Positions 26,169-36,567 are shown, counted from the stretch's first letter. The stretch: DNA of 64,000 nt from Chitinophagaceae bacterium (GCA_947372235.1 CANBSW010000001.1:3078-67077); one strand, 5' to 3'. The notes: generated from the letters alone by a model not told the origin. A program made the numbers and translations.

Positions 26169-27074
26169 TTATATTCCTTTTAGTTGTTCTATTTTGGCAG
26201 CAAAATAACTGGATTTTTCAGGATTTAAGAAACTTAATTTAATATAGAGCTGAATAGCTTTGTCTATCTGCCCCTGTTTCTCCAAAACATCAGCCATTGT
26301 TTCTGTTACAATCTCCCTGGTTTCGTTGGAGTTTTTGGCGGTTTCTGCTACGGCTTTTTCCATTTCTAAACTGGTAGTAAGCTCGCCGGGAGTACCGGAT
26401 TGGGTAGTTTTAACCTGTTTTAGCCAGTCGGTAAACTTTCTCAGGTGTGTGGTCAGTTTATCCTGAGGAATGGAGGAGAGGTCTATCTTAATACCCTGTG
26501 AGGCAAAATAATCGATGGTGTGTAATTTTTTACGCTCGGCATCAATTTCCAGAACGGCATCAGCTTCTATGGGTTTTTTAAAATCGGCAAGCTGGCTGGA
26601 TAAGATCCCGGCAATTTTACTATCCGATTCATCCATTCCTGCAATAGCATCTGCTTCTTCTATATATTCATCCGGCATAGGTTCTTCTTCTTCGCGTTGC
26701 GTTTCCTGGTTATGATCGATCTTCCGCATCAGCTCTTTTACGGCTTCTACAGTTGGTATGGCAAATTCTGCGGCTTTCTCTATTTTTTCTGTACTGCTCA
26801 GTTCCGGTGCAGGCTCGGTTTTGGTTAAAACAGATACCTCATCCAGGTGATACTGCAGCCAGTAAGGATTGGTAAAATAGAGATTGGTTTTTGGAGAAAG
26901 ACTTAGCAACTCATCCTTACGATTATTTTCCTTCTGTTTTGCAACATGAAAAAAGCGGGCAGGTGTAAAATAAGGAGCTTCCTCGATGAACTGTTTGAGT
27001 GTCTCGGTGTTTATTTGAGACAGTTTCAGCTTGCCGGTTAAATGGAAGAATGCTTTTTCCTGTATAAGATTCAT
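26169..27074 (-). CDS. Conserved Bacteroidota hypothetical protein with a C-terminal TPR-like helix pair
   Basis: VTETMA-x-x-x-x-KQG-x-x-DKAI-x-x-Y-x-KL-x-x-x-x-PEKSSYFA; located between lptE and secG. Confidence 0.82.
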   Translation of the reverse strand: MNLIQEKAFFHLTGKLKLSQINTETLKQFIEEAPYFTPARFFHVAKQKENNRKDELLSLSPKTNLYFTNPYWLQYHLDEVSVLTKTEPAPELSSTEKIEKAAEFAIPTVEAVKELMRKIDHNQETQREEEEPMPDEYIEEADAIAGMDESDSKIAGILSSQLADFKKPIEADAVLEIDAERKKLHTIDYFASQGIKIDLSSIPQDKLTTHLRKFTDWLKQVKTTQSGTPGELTTSLEMEKAVAETAKNSNETREIVTETMADVLEKQGQIDKAIQLYIKLSFLNPEKSSYFAAKIEQLKGI

Positions 27075-27095
27075 ATAAATAAAAGTAATACTTGA

Positions 27096-27641
27096 TTACC
27101 AATCAGAGAAGATGCGGTTAAAAATATCATCTGTAATGGATCGCACCATTTCATCCAGTAAAGCTCCTTCTGCCTGTTGCAGTGAGAGGTTTGCAGAATA
27201 ATCAAAACTGCGACTCACATCAAATTCTTCTGTTTCATTTTTTTGTGTTCTTCGCCAAACCATATGCAGGGTTACGGTTAATCGGTTGGTGGTGGCCTGT
27301 TGGGCACTTACACCTACGGTTAAACCTGCATCATAAGTAGTGATGGTTCCATTGATCACATAATCGGCATTATCATCATTGGTTCTCGACAAACGTGTAT
27401 TGCCGATAATTTTCTGCTGGATCTTATCCGTAAACTTCTGTGCCACCTGTGGATTTATGTACCTCGCTTTGTTCTGAATAAATCCTACTTTAACCGTCTT
27501 TACTTCAGCCGGAATAGTGGCCCCGTTAAATTTATAAATACCACACCCCGCAAACAGCCACAAACAGCCTATCATCATCACACTAAAACGCAATGATCTA
27601 TCAAACCTCCTCAATGAAAAATGTATCCCCATGGTAAACAA
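27096..27641 (-). CDS. lptE: LPS assembly lipoprotein LptE (Bacteroidota type)
   Basis: Lipobox FAGC, Y-x-F-x-GA-x-I-P-x-x-x-KT, terminal IFNRIFSDW. The true start may be a downstream Met. Confidence 0.85.
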   Translation of the reverse strand: MFTMGIHFSLRRFDRSLRFSVMMIGCLWLFAGCGIYKFNGATIPAEVKTVKVGFIQNKARYINPQVAQKFTDKIQQKIIGNTRLSRTNDDNADYVINGTITTYDAGLTVGVSAQQATTNRLTVTLHMVWRRTQKNETEEFDVSRSFDYSANLSLQQAEGALLDEMVRSITDDIFNRIFSDW

Positions 27642-27670
27642 TTAAAAAACATTTTCAAATTTTCAAATTC

Positions 27671-28945
27671 CTACTCATCAATATCATACTCCTTCAATTT
27701 TCTGTATAAAGTTCTCTCACTAATGCCTAAATCCAAAGAAGCATCGCGGCGTTTGCCTTTGTGTTTCTTTAATGCTTTTACGATCAGTTCTTTTTCTTTA
27801 TCCATGATGTTCAACGATTCTTCCACTTCTTCGTGCTGGTGAATATCATTGTCGTGCAAGAGAACAGGTTGTGAGCCGGTTGGTAAAAAGCTTTGCTGGT
27901 TATTATTTACCGGTTGTGAAACGGTATTGTTATTTGCCATCTGCTGATTATCGCCATTGCTGTGAAAATCGTTTAGCAAAGAGTCTCTGGTAAAGTTAGC
28001 GGCAGTTCCGGCTAAAGAAGGGTTCTGCAATATTTCGAGGAACATCTTCTTTAGTTCTGTCACATCTTTTTTCATATCAAAAAAGAGCTTATACAGAATT
28101 TCTCTTTCATTGGCAAACTCACCGGCCGGATGCTGGCCAGACAATACCGGTAAACGGTTGCCTGTGCCTGCCGGTAAGAACTTACGCATTTCAGTACCAT
28201 TCACCTGGTTATTGGTACTTAACACTGAGATCTGTTCTGCAATATTCTTTAACTCACGCACATTACCCTGCCAGCCATGGTTAATTAACAGGTTTTTGGC
28301 TTCATCATCTAACTGAACGGGAGTGGTTTTATAGCGCTCCGCAAAATCAACCACAAACTTTCTGAAGAGCAATAAAATATCTTCTTTTCTGTCGCGCAGC
28401 GATGGAACGCGGATAGGAACGGTGCTTAAACGATAATACAGATCTTCACGAAAACGCCCTTTCTGGGTAAACTCCAGCAGTTCACGATTGGTAGCCGCAA
28501 TCACACGCACATCCGTTTTCTGTACTTTGGATGACCCCACACGAATAAATTCCCCTGTCTCCAAAACACGCAGTAACCGGGCCTGTGTACCCAGCGGCAT
28601 TTCACCAATTTCATCCATGAAAATAGTACCACCACTTACTGTTTCGAAATATCCTTTACGGCTGTCAACGGCACCGGTAAAGGCGCCTTTCTCATGACCA
28701 AACAATTCAGAATCGATTGTGCCTTCGGGAATGGCACCACAGTTAACTGCAATAAAGGGATTATGCTTGCGCGATGAGAGTGCATGAATGATCTGCGAGA
28801 ATACTTCTTTACCCACACCACTTTCTCCCACGATCAATACGGTAAGATCTGTTGCGGCTACCTGTACGGCTGTATTCAATGCATGGTTTAATGCAGGTGA
28901 GTTGCCGATGATGCCGAAACGGTTTTTTATACTTTGTAAATCCAT
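27671..28945 (-). CDS. Sigma-54 interaction-domain AAA+ regulator with Fis HTH and no receiver domain
   Basis: GESGVGKE, ELFGHEKGAFTGA, FREDLYYRL, GNVREL, LGISERTLYRK. Confidence 0.93.
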   Translation of the reverse strand: MDLQSIKNRFGIIGNSPALNHALNTAVQVAATDLTVLIVGESGVGKEVFSQIIHALSSRKHNPFIAVNCGAIPEGTIDSELFGHEKGAFTGAVDSRKGYFETVSGGTIFMDEIGEMPLGTQARLLRVLETGEFIRVGSSKVQKTDVRVIAATNRELLEFTQKGRFREDLYYRLSTVPIRVPSLRDRKEDILLLFRKFVVDFAERYKTTPVQLDDEAKNLLINHGWQGNVRELKNIAEQISVLSTNNQVNGTEMRKFLPAGTGNRLPVLSGQHPAGEFANEREILYKLFFDMKKDVTELKKMFLEILQNPSLAGTAANFTRDSLLNDFHSNGDNQQMANNNTVSQPVNNNQQSFLPTGSQPVLLHDNDIHQHEEVEESLNIMDKEKELIVKALKKHKGKRRDASLDLGISERTLYRKLKEYDIDE

Positions 28946-28953
28946 TACCTTTT

Positions 28954-28995
28954 AATTAGAAATTAATAATTAGGAATTAATAATTATTAATTGAT
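28954..28995. repeat. AATTAG(A/G)/AATTAA heptamer array
   Basis: aattaga-aattaat-aattagg-aattaat-aattatt-aattgat. Confidence 0.72.
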
Positions 28996-29011
28996 TTTTT
29001 GAGCTTATTGT

Positions 29012-29182
29012 TTATTCTTCGTCGTTCGTATTTAAAACCTTCACATCCTGAATTTCTATTAAGGCGTAAGCAATAAAAGCACCTGCTGCTGCAATGCCTG
29101 AACCCCAATGAGATTTTGTAAACGCATCGAAACCTGCAATGAAACCGAAAAGTAAAATCAGGTATTTTATCTGCACTTTCAT
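29012..29182 (-). CDS. Small two-TM hypothetical protein (56 aa), not in the ORF track
   Basis: Hand translation: MKVQIKYLILLFGFIAGFDAFTKSHWGSGIAAAGAFIAYALIEIQDVKVLNTNDEE*. Starts 12 bp after the miaB stop on the same strand. Confidence 0.62.
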   Translation of the reverse strand: MKVQIKYLILLFGFIAGFDAFTKSHWGSGIAAAGAFIAYALIEIQDVKVLNTNDEE

Positions 29183-29194
29183 TGGATATTCATT

Positions 29195-30625
29195 TTATTG
29201 TTTGTCAACAATTTTACCTAATAATGTTCCTGCAGTACAGGAATGAATAAATACATCTATATAATCACCTTTATTTAAATTGTAATTTTCTTTTGGAAAA
29301 ATGACCACTTTATTATGATCGGTTCTTCCATGCCAATCGGTATCACTTTTTTTGGAGTTAGCTTCAATCAATACTTTAAATGTTTTGTTCACATCCCGCT
29401 GCATACTTTCCAATGAGTGGATGCGGTGTAAAGCGATAATTTCCTGTAACCTTCTTTTCTTTACTTCTTCAGGTATATCATCTTCATACCTTCTTTCTGC
29501 AAGTGTGCCGGGTCTTTCGCTGTAGTAGTACATGTAGGCCAGATCGTATTTGCAGTATTCCATCAATGTATAAGACTCTCTATGATCTTCTTCGGTTTCT
29601 GTACAAAAGCCGGTGATCATATCCGTACTCAATCCGCAATTGGGTAAAATTTCACGGATGCGGTTTACTTTGGCGATATACCATTCTCTGGTATAGGTTC
29701 TGTTCATTAACTGCAAAACCCGGCTGCTGCCGCTTTGCACGGGAAGATGGATATAATTGCAGATATTATCATATCTCGCAATAGTATACAATACTTCATC
29801 CGTAATATCTTTTGGATGTGATGTACTGAAGCGTACCCGGAGTAGGGGAGATACCAATGCCACTCTTTCCAGGAGTTTGGCGAATGTGATGGTTTCATCA
29901 TTTTTCTCATCTATCCAATAATAACTGTCTACGTTCTGTCCTAATAAAGTTACTTCACGGTATCCTGTAGCAAACAATTGTTCCACTTCTACCAAAATAG
30001 AATTGGCATCGCGACTTCTTTCCCTACCTCTGGTAAAAGGAACCACGCAAAAACTGCACATATTATTACAACCACGCATGATGGATACAAATGCACAAAC
30101 CCCGTTACTGTCTAAACGGATCGGGGCAATATCTCCATAAGTTTCATCCCTGCTTAATAAAACATTCACCGCTTTCTGCCCGGTTTCGGCTTCTTCTATT
30201 AATGAAGGTAAACTTCTGTAAGCATCCGGGCCAACTACCAGATCAACCAGTTTTTCTTCTTCCAGTAATTGCGCTTTTAGTCTTTCAGCCATACACCCCA
30301 GCATACCAATCAGCATACCTGGTTTTTTCTTTTTGAGAGATCTGAATTCAGTCAATCTTTTCCTAACCGTCATTTCGGCTTTTTCGCGGATGGAACAGGT
30401 ATTGATCAGTATGAGATCTGCTTCATCGGGAAGCTTGGTGGCTCCAAATCCTTCACCATTTAAAATAGAAGCAACCACTTCACTATCTGCAAAATTCATG
30501 GCGCAACCATAACTTTCTATATAAAAGCGTTTTTTGAAATTCGCATTTTCATTCATAAGGGGATTAAAGGCTTCGCCCTGTCGACTTTCATCGTGCACTT
30601 TACCTTCTAACTCCATCATTTCCAT
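29195..30625 (-). CDS. miaB: tRNA (N6-isopentenyl adenosine(37)-C2)-methylthiotransferase MiaB
   Basis: ESYGC-x-[29 protein letters not shown]-terminal TRAM domain. Start ambiguous among 30616-30634. Confidence 0.95.
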   Translation of the reverse strand: MEMMELEGKVHDESRQGEAFNPLMNENANFKKRFYIESYGCAMNFADSEVVASILNGEGFGATKLPDEADLILINTCSIREKAEMTVRKRLTEFRSLKKKKPGMLIGMLGCMAERLKAQLLEEEKLVDLVVGPDAYRSLPSLIEEAETGQKAVNVLLSRDETYGDIAPIRLDSNGVCAFVSIMRGCNNMCSFCVVPFTRGRERSRDANSILVEVEQLFATGYREVTLLGQNVDSYYWIDEKNDETITFAKLLERVALVSPLLRVRFSTSHPKDITDEVLYTIARYDNICNYIHLPVQSGSSRVLQLMNRTYTREWYIAKVNRIREILPNCGLSTDMITGFCTETEEDHRESYTLMEYCKYDLAYMYYYSERPGTLAERRYEDDIPEEVKKRRLQEIIALHRIHSLESMQRDVNKTFKVLIEANSKKSDTDWHGRTDHNKVVIFPKENYNLNKGDYIDVFIHSCTAGTLLGKIVDKQ

Positions 30626-30743
30626 TCTTAACACAATTTAGGCGGTAAAAATACGGAAAATGAGCTGTTAATGTCAGAATGGCAGCATCCCTTTTTTTAT
30701 AATAACCGATAACCTTTAGATTTGCTTAAAATTTTTTACAGGA

Positions 30744-31700
30744 ATGAAGAAACCCGTTGTACTTATTGGGGTATTGTTTTGTATGTTGGCAGCATCTGCA
30801 CAGGATATTGCCATTAACCGTTTTCGCAATGAAACACAGAGAAGCATCAAAAAAGATGCAGATACCAGTAAATGGAACTGGAAAAGAGGGGGTTTATTCA
30901 GTTTTAATCTTTCACAGGGTTCCTTAAGCAACTGGGCATCCGGGGGCGATAATTTTTCCCTCATTGCCAATGGTTATTTCAATTATTTTTTCTTTTACCG
31001 AAAGGGCAGACATAGCTGGGATAATAATATAGATGTGAACCTTGGCTACATTCAAACCACCAGTATAGGAAGTCGCAAAAATGATGACCGTTTTGATTAC
31101 CTGAGTAAATACGGGTATAAAATGGATACCGTGGGAAGATGGTATCTGACCACACTTTTCAATTTCCGTTCCCAGTTTTTTGACGGCTACACTTATTCCA
31201 ACAATGTGGGAGATTTTTCATCTTCTTTTTTGTCGCCGGCATACCTGATCGCCTCTTTGGGGTTTGATTATAAGCAGGGGCCAAATCTATCTATATTCAT
31301 GTCGCCACTCACTTCCCGATATACCATTTTAGCGAATAACCGATTGGCGCAAAAGGGAGGGTATGGCGTGAAGCCGGGTGAGCATATATTGAAAGAAATT
31401 GGTGCTTTTGCAACAGTTAACTATAATAATACCATCGCAAAAAATATTACCTATAAGGGAAGGATGGATCTGTTCTCCAACTATGAGAATCAGGCACAGA
31501 ATGTGGATTTTTTTATGACCAACCTGTTTTCATTTAAGATCAGTCGTTTCTTTTCTGCCACATATGGGTTGGATATGATTTATGATGATAATATACGTTT
31601 GTTTGGCCCTACCAATTCATCTCCGGCATTGCAAACCAAAAGCCTGATTGGTATTGGCTTTCTGAAACCATTGAATGTGAGAAAATCCAGCTTTAATTAA
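30744..31700 (+). CDS. DUF3078 domain outer-membrane protein
   Basis: SQGSLSNWASGG, RKNDDR, QFFDGY, FLSPAY and terminal-region IGIGF patterns. Confidence 0.85.
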   Translation: MKKPVVLIGVLFCMLAASAQDIAINRFRNETQRSIKKDADTSKWNWKRGGLFSFNLSQGSLSNWASGGDNFSLIANGYFNYFFFYRKGRHSWDNNIDVNLGYIQTTSIGSRKNDDRFDYLSKYGYKMDTVGRWYLTTLFNFRSQFFDGYTYSNNVGDFSSSFLSPAYLIASLGFDYKQGPNLSIFMSPLTSRYTILANNRLAQKGGYGVKPGEHILKEIGAFATVNYNNTIAKNITYKGRMDLFSNYENQAQNVDFFMTNLFSFKISRFFSATYGLDMIYDDNIRLFGPTNSSPALQTKSLIGIGFLKPLNVRKSSFN

Positions 31701-32815
31701 GCGATCACTTTTAACAGGTGTTTGATCTTATTGGCTTTGTAAGTAAGGTCCTGGTAATCTTTGTGAATTATGGTTACATGCCCCATTTTTCTGCCCGGTT
31801 TGGTTTGTGTTTTTCCGTAGAGATGAACAAATACATTGTCCATTGATAGTATTTCTTCGAGCCCTTCGTATTTAGCGTTACCGGAATAACCATCTGCTCC
31901 TAAAATATTCACAATAGCAGAGGGAAGAATCGCATCGGTATTACCTAATGGGAAGCCGAGCATGATACGCCAGAGCATATCGTACTGACTGGAATAATTG
32001 GCTTCAATGGTATGATGCCCGCTGTTATGAACGCGGGGCGCTGTTTCGTTTACCAGCACTTCGTCATTAATATCAACAAATAATTCAATGGCAAAAAGGC
32101 CGGGACTTTTTAATTCTTTCACCACACGAACCGCGATAGCTTCTGCTTTCCATAAAATTTGTTCAGGAAGAATGGCAGGGCTGAGCTGGTAATCCAACAG
32201 GTTCCAAACAGGATCAAAAATCATTTCGGCGGGGGGGTAGATAGCCGTTTCGCCTTTATCGTTCATCGCAACAATTATGGCGATCTCTTTTTTGATCTTT
32301 ACTTTTTTTTCCAGTACAGCATGTGTATCAAATCCTTTTTCAATATCCTGAGGAGTATCAATTACGGTAACTCCTTTTCCATCATAACCGCCTTGTCCGA
32401 TCTTATGAACAGCCGGTAAAAAATCAATATGTTTCTGAAGATCTTGCAGTGATTCTGTGATCACAAACTCTGAAGTAGGAATTTGATGAGTTTGATAAAA
32501 TTCTTTCTGAACCACTTTGTTTTTAATGGTTCGAATGGCAGCTGGTTTGGGAAACACTTTCACGCCTTGCAGCTCCAGTTTCTCCAATGCATCAACATTA
32601 ACCGATTCAATTTCAATGGTTATGGCATCTAAACCTTTACCAAAATTGTAAACCGTTTCAAAGTCGGTAATATCTCCTTTGGTAAAATGATGACAGAGAT
32701 GTGCTGCCGGACAATTATCATCATTCTCCAGAACAAAGGTTTCAACCACATAATTTGCAGCCGCCTGCAATAACATTCTGCCCAATTGACCACCGCCTAG
32801 AATTCCTACTTTCAT
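31697..32815 (-). CDS. purK: N5-carboxyaminoimidazole ribonucleotide synthase
   Basis: GILGGGQLGRM, GYDGKG, NETAPRVHNSGH and YGK-x-x-x-KPGRKMGH motifs. Confidence 0.95.
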   Translation of the reverse strand: MKVGILGGGQLGRMLLQAAANYVVETFVLENDDNCPAAHLCHHFTKGDITDFETVYNFGKGLDAITIEIESVNVDALEKLELQGVKVFPKPAAIRTIKNKVVQKEFYQTHQIPTSEFVITESLQDLQKHIDFLPAVHKIGQGGYDGKGVTVIDTPQDIEKGFDTHAVLEKKVKIKKEIAIIVAMNDKGETAIYPPAEMIFDPVWNLLDYQLSPAILPEQILWKAEAIAVRVVKELKSPGLFAIELFVDINDEVLVNETAPRVHNSGHHTIEANYSSQYDMLWRIMLGFPLGNTDAILPSAIVNILGADGYSGNAKYEGLEEILSMDNVFVHLYGKTQTKPGRKMGHVTIIHKDYQDLTYKANKIKHLLKVIA

Positions 32816-32848
32816 ATGCTAGATTAATAGGTGGCGAAGATAGTATAG

Positions 32849-32928
32849 GAGTTTGTGGTTTGGGGTTTGAGGTTTGGAGTTTTTTTAAAATTACAACCCC
32901 AAACATCAAACCCCAAACTCCAAACTTT
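32849..32928. repeat. Heptamer inverted array (GGTTTG(G/A) / CCAAAC)
   Basis: gagtttg-tggtttg-gggtttg-aggtttg-gagtttt ... caacccc-aaacatc-aaacccc-aaactcc-aaacttt. Confidence 0.78.
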
Positions 32929-33031
32929 TGTATAGATTTGTCCCGATGATTCCCGATTATCCCCATAAATTATTCGGCGACAAGCGATTCTGTTATTGTT
33001 TGCTGATGGAAGCCCTTGCCATGCGTGATGC

Positions 33032-33094
33032 AAATGCATAATGCTTAACGCACAATGCTCAAAGCTAAAGGCTGATTGCTGAAAGCTCAATTCC
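33032..33094. repeat. Degenerate heptamer array (NAANGCT)
   Basis: aaatgca-taatgct-taacgca-caatgct-caaagct-aaaggct-gattgct-gaaagct-caattcc. Confidence 0.68.
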
Positions 33095-33113
33095 AATCAT
33101 TTCAAATTCATTT

Positions 33114-34244
33114 ATGGAAACCGTTGTATCCAATACTACCGCGCAGAATATTGTGCAGGATTTTCTTCCTTTGCAGGGAACCGATTATGTTGAATTTTAT
33201 GTAGGCAATGCCAAACAGGCGGCGCATTTTTATAAAACCGCTTTTGGCTTTCAAAGTCTGGCTTATGCAGGGCCTGAAACCGGAATGAAAGACCGGGCCA
33301 GTTATGCTGTTCGTCAGAACAAACTCACTTTTGTATTTACTACTCCCTTAAGAAGCGGTAATACAATGGCCGATCATGTTTACCAACACGGCGATGGCGT
33401 TAAAATGCTGGCGCTAAAAGTAGACAATGCAACAGATGCCTGGCAGCAAACCACAGGAAGGGGAGCGAAGAGTTATTCAGAACCCGTTAGTATGAAGGAT
33501 GATTTTGGTGAATTGATAATGAGCGGCATTCACACTTATGGAGAAACCATTCACCTTTTTATTGAACGTAAGAATTATAATGGAGTTTTTATGCCCGGTT
33601 ACAGAAAATGGGAAAGCCATTACAATCCATCAGAAACCGGTTTGTTATATGTGGATCATTGTGTAGGTAATGTGGGCTGGAACCAAATGAACCCGTGGGT
33701 AAAATTTTATGAAGAAGTAATGGGATTCCGCAATATTCTTACGTTTGATGACAATGATATTTCCACCGAATATTCGGCCCTGATGAGTAAAGTAATGAGT
33801 AACGGAAACGGCTTTGTAAAATTCCCCATTAATGAACCCGCCGAAGGCAAAAAGAAATCGCAGGTAGAAGAATACCTCGATTATTATGATGGGGAAGGAT
33901 GTCAGCACGTTGCATTGGCTACTAATAATATTGTACAAACTGTTACCGATCTGCAAAACCGGGGTATTGAGTTTTTAAAAGTGCCCACATCCTATTATGA
34001 TGAATTGATTGACCGTGTTGGCCAGATTGAGGAAGATATCAATCCGTTAAAGGAACTTGGTATCCTTGTTGACAGAGATGAGGAAGGATACCTGTTACAA
34101 ATTTTTACAAAACCTGTAGAAGACCGCCCCACACTGTTTTTCGAGATCATACAGCGCAAAGGTGCCAAAAGTTTTGGCAAAGGCAATTTTAAAGCCTTAT
34201 TCGAAGCCATTGAAAGAGAGCAGGAGTTAAGGGGGAATTTGTAG
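33114..34244 (+). CDS. hppD: 4-hydroxyphenylpyruvate dioxygenase
   Basis: VDHCVGNV, GCQHVAL, YLLQIFTKP and FFEIIQRKG-x-x-SFG-x-GNFKALFEAIE motifs. Confidence 0.96.
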   Translation: METVVSNTTAQNIVQDFLPLQGTDYVEFYVGNAKQAAHFYKTAFGFQSLAYAGPETGMKDRASYAVRQNKLTFVFTTPLRSGNTMADHVYQHGDGVKMLALKVDNATDAWQQTTGRGAKSYSEPVSMKDDFGELIMSGIHTYGETIHLFIERKNYNGVFMPGYRKWESHYNPSETGLLYVDHCVGNVGWNQMNPWVKFYEEVMGFRNILTFDDNDISTEYSALMSKVMSNGNGFVKFPINEPAEGKKKSQVEEYLDYYDGEGCQHVALATNNIVQTVTDLQNRGIEFLKVPTSYYDELIDRVGQIEEDINPLKELGILVDRDEEGYLLQIFTKPVEDRPTLFFEIIQRKGAKSFGKGNFKALFEAIEREQELRGNL

Positions 34245-34247
34245 AGG

Positions 34248-34331
34248 GGTTCATTGAGTATGGTTCATAGTTTATGGTAAGTGAAAGTATTTGTGGAAAG
34301 ATTAACCCGCCATAAACCATGAACTATAAGC
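34248..34331. repeat. Heptamer inverted array (TGGTTCA / CCATGAA)
   Basis: ggttcat...tggttca-tagttta-tggtaag ... ccataaa-ccatgaa-ctataag. Confidence 0.65.
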
Positions 34332-34418
34332 ACGTTACTATGCAATTTTAAGCTTTGTACAACGTTAAATACAGAAGTAATCGTTCAGCATGTTGTCTCA
34401 AAGCTTATTTTTGAAACT

Positions 34419-35171
34419 ATGAAGCGTTTAACCGGGATATTCGTTTTATGGATCTTGGCTCTGCAGGTTGGGGCACAATCTTCTTTTATTGCTGCGCAAA
34501 AGCAATATCCCAAAGTGGTGAGTGCAATCAAATCGAAAGAAGATTCTCTTAAAAAACAACTGGCGGCCATGCATATTTCCTGGCCATTGAAACAGATTTA
34601 TGTTAGAAGCTTTAAATATGACAGTCAGTTAGAAGTTTGGGTACGTAATCAAAGTAATGAACCGTTTAAATTATTCAAGACCTATAAAGTTTGTGCATTA
34701 TCCGGTGCACTTGGCCCTAAAAGAATAGAAGGCGATTACCAGGTGCCGGAAGGTTTTTATTATATCAATCAATTCAATCCCAAAAGCAATTATCATATGG
34801 CATTGGGTTTGAATTATCCCAACGCTTCTGATCAGTTACTAAGTGATTCTCTTAAGCCCGGAAACGATATTTATATTCATGGAAGTTGTGTAACCGTAGG
34901 CTGTATCCCTATTCAAAATAACCAGATAGAAGAATTGTATTTACTGGCTTCATATGCACATGACCAGGGACAGGATTTTATTCCCGTTCATATTTTCCCA
35001 ATCCGGTATAATATAGAAAAAAGCAAGGAAGTGCTGATCAAAGCAACCAAGGACGATGCTGCCTATCAGCATTTTACCGCCAGGCTAAAAGAAGTGTTCG
35101 ATTATTTTGAACTGAATAAAAAATTGCCGCTGATCTCCATTAATAAGAAAGGGGAATACATTGCGCTTTAG
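34419..35171 (+). CDS. L,D-transpeptidase-family (YkuD/YafK-like) protein
   Basis: GPKRIEGDYQVPEGFY, LNYPN and IYIHGSCVTVGC motifs. Confidence 0.88.
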   Translation: MKRLTGIFVLWILALQVGAQSSFIAAQKQYPKVVSAIKSKEDSLKKQLAAMHISWPLKQIYVRSFKYDSQLEVWVRNQSNEPFKLFKTYKVCALSGALGPKRIEGDYQVPEGFYYINQFNPKSNYHMALGLNYPNASDQLLSDSLKPGNDIYIHGSCVTVGCIPIQNNQIEELYLLASYAHDQGQDFIPVHIFPIRYNIEKSKEVLIKATKDDAAYQHFTARLKEVFDYFELNKKLPLISINKKGEYIAL

Positions 35172-35173
35172 CG

Positions 35174-35201
35174 AATTAGAAATTAAGAATTAGGAATTAA
35201 A
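35174..35201. repeat. AATTAG(A/G) heptamer array
   Basis: aattaga-aattaag-aattagg-aattaaa; same order as 28954. Confidence 0.7.
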
Positions 35202-35313
35202 AATTTATAAACCGCATACCCGTATGTTATCACCGGCGAGATACGGTTGGGTTGGAAGATTGTATAAATAATCTGCGAATCTGCGGTTATTATATTTCAC
35301 CGTTGCTCATTCA

Positions 35314-36567
35314 CTACTCACTATATAACACCTGAACCGTTTCTTTCGTCCGTTGTGTTAATACGATGTTTTTTCCTTTTGTAAGCTCTTCAAAAACAGT
35401 AACATTGTAATGGCGGATTGTTAAGAGGTTTAATTCTTTTTCTAGTTGAACATCAAATAAGGTACTGGCTTCGGCTGCGAGGTTGTCAATTTTATCTGCA
35501 CGGTAATCAAGGCATACCTGAACGTTGATGGCGCCGGTTTGTATCAGATTGGGGCGAACTTTATGTTTGCTGAATAGTTGGTATAGTTTACTCATGGGTT
35601 CTTCTCCCACAAAAGAAAAATCCTGGCTGTTCAAATGTAATAATGCCTGGTTTTGTTTGATCACAATAATAGGGGGAAGGTCTTTACTGTTTTTTTTATG
35701 AATAACGGTACCCGGTAATGAAGGATCTAAAAAACATTTTACATGCAGCGGTATGTTTTTGTTTTGTAAAGGTTTGATCGTTTTAGGATGGATCACCTGT
35801 GCCCCATAATACGCCATCTCTATCACTTCGGTAAAGCTGAGTTCTGAGATCAGTTGCGCATCGGGAAACAGTTTTGGGTCGGCATTCATTACTCCTTCTA
35901 CATCTTTCCAGATGCTAAGGCTTTCTGCATTGAGAATATTGGCAAAAACGGCTGCCGTATAATCACTTCCTTCACGGCCCAGTGTGGTGCTTTCGTTATC
36001 ATCTGTACAGCCGATAAAACCCTGTGTGACAAAGATGTTTGAATGGTTGTTCAGCATCGTTATTCTTTCTGAAGTGATTGTCCAGTCAATATTGGCATCC
36101 CTGAAAGTATTATCGGTTCTGATCAGGTCGCGAACATCCATCCATTCATTTATGATACCTGCTTCATTCAAATAATGACTGATGATACAGGTACTCAACA
36201 ATTCACCTATACAAACTACCTGATCATAATAATAATCAAATTCGCGAACGGGTTTATCGTGCAATAACCATTCAACTTCCGTGAAGAAATCTGTGAGTTG
36301 AGCAAGGCATTCGTTGAATTTTGTAACCAGCAAATATTTAGAAATGGTGAGATGGTGTTGTTTAACCACATCAAACAAACGCAAAGCTTCTTCTTTATTA
36401 CCGGCAAAAAATGATTCGGCTACTTTTTCCAATCCGTTGGTGGTTTTCCCCATCGCCGAAATGATGATTACCAAAGGTTCTTTCTCAAATAATTTCACAA
36501 TGCCTGCCAGATTCTGTATCCTTTCCACATTGTTAACACTGGCGCCGCCGAATTTGAATACTTTCAT
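35314..36567 (-). CDS. lysC: Aspartate kinase
   Basis: MKVFKFGGASV, SAMGKTTN, TLGREGSDYTA and YGAQVIHPKT motifs. Start ATG 36567. Confidence 0.93.
   Translation of the reverse strand: MKVFKFGGASVNNVERIQNLAGIVKLFEKEPLVIIISAMGKTTNGLEKVAESFFAGNKEEALRLFDVVKQHHLTISKYLLVTKFNECLAQLTDFFTEVEWLLHDKPVREFDYYYDQVVCIGELLSTCIISHYLNEAGIINEWMDVRDLIRTDNTFRDANIDWTITSERITMLNNHSNIFVTQGFIGCTDDNESTTLGREGSDYTAAVFANILNAESLSIWKDVEGVMNADPKLFPDAQLISELSFTEVIEMAYYGAQVIHPKTIKPLQNKNIPLHVKCFLDPSLPGTVIHKKNSKDLPPIIVIKQNQALLHLNSQDFSFVGEEPMSKLYQLFSKHKVRPNLIQTGAINVQVCLDYRADKIDNLAAEASTLFDVQLEKELNLLTIRHYNVTVFEELTKGKNIVLTQRTKETVQVLYSE

Noticed and set aside
27671-28945. Sigma-54 ATPase without a receiver domain as a novelty
   Set aside because: This architecture next to miaB and lptE is a familiar conserved Bacteroidota arrangement.
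32742-33096. Two short minus-strand ORFs (74 and 90 aa)
   Set aside because: Their periodic peptides (KLQTSNPKPQTP, FQQSAFSF) are translations of heptamer arrays.
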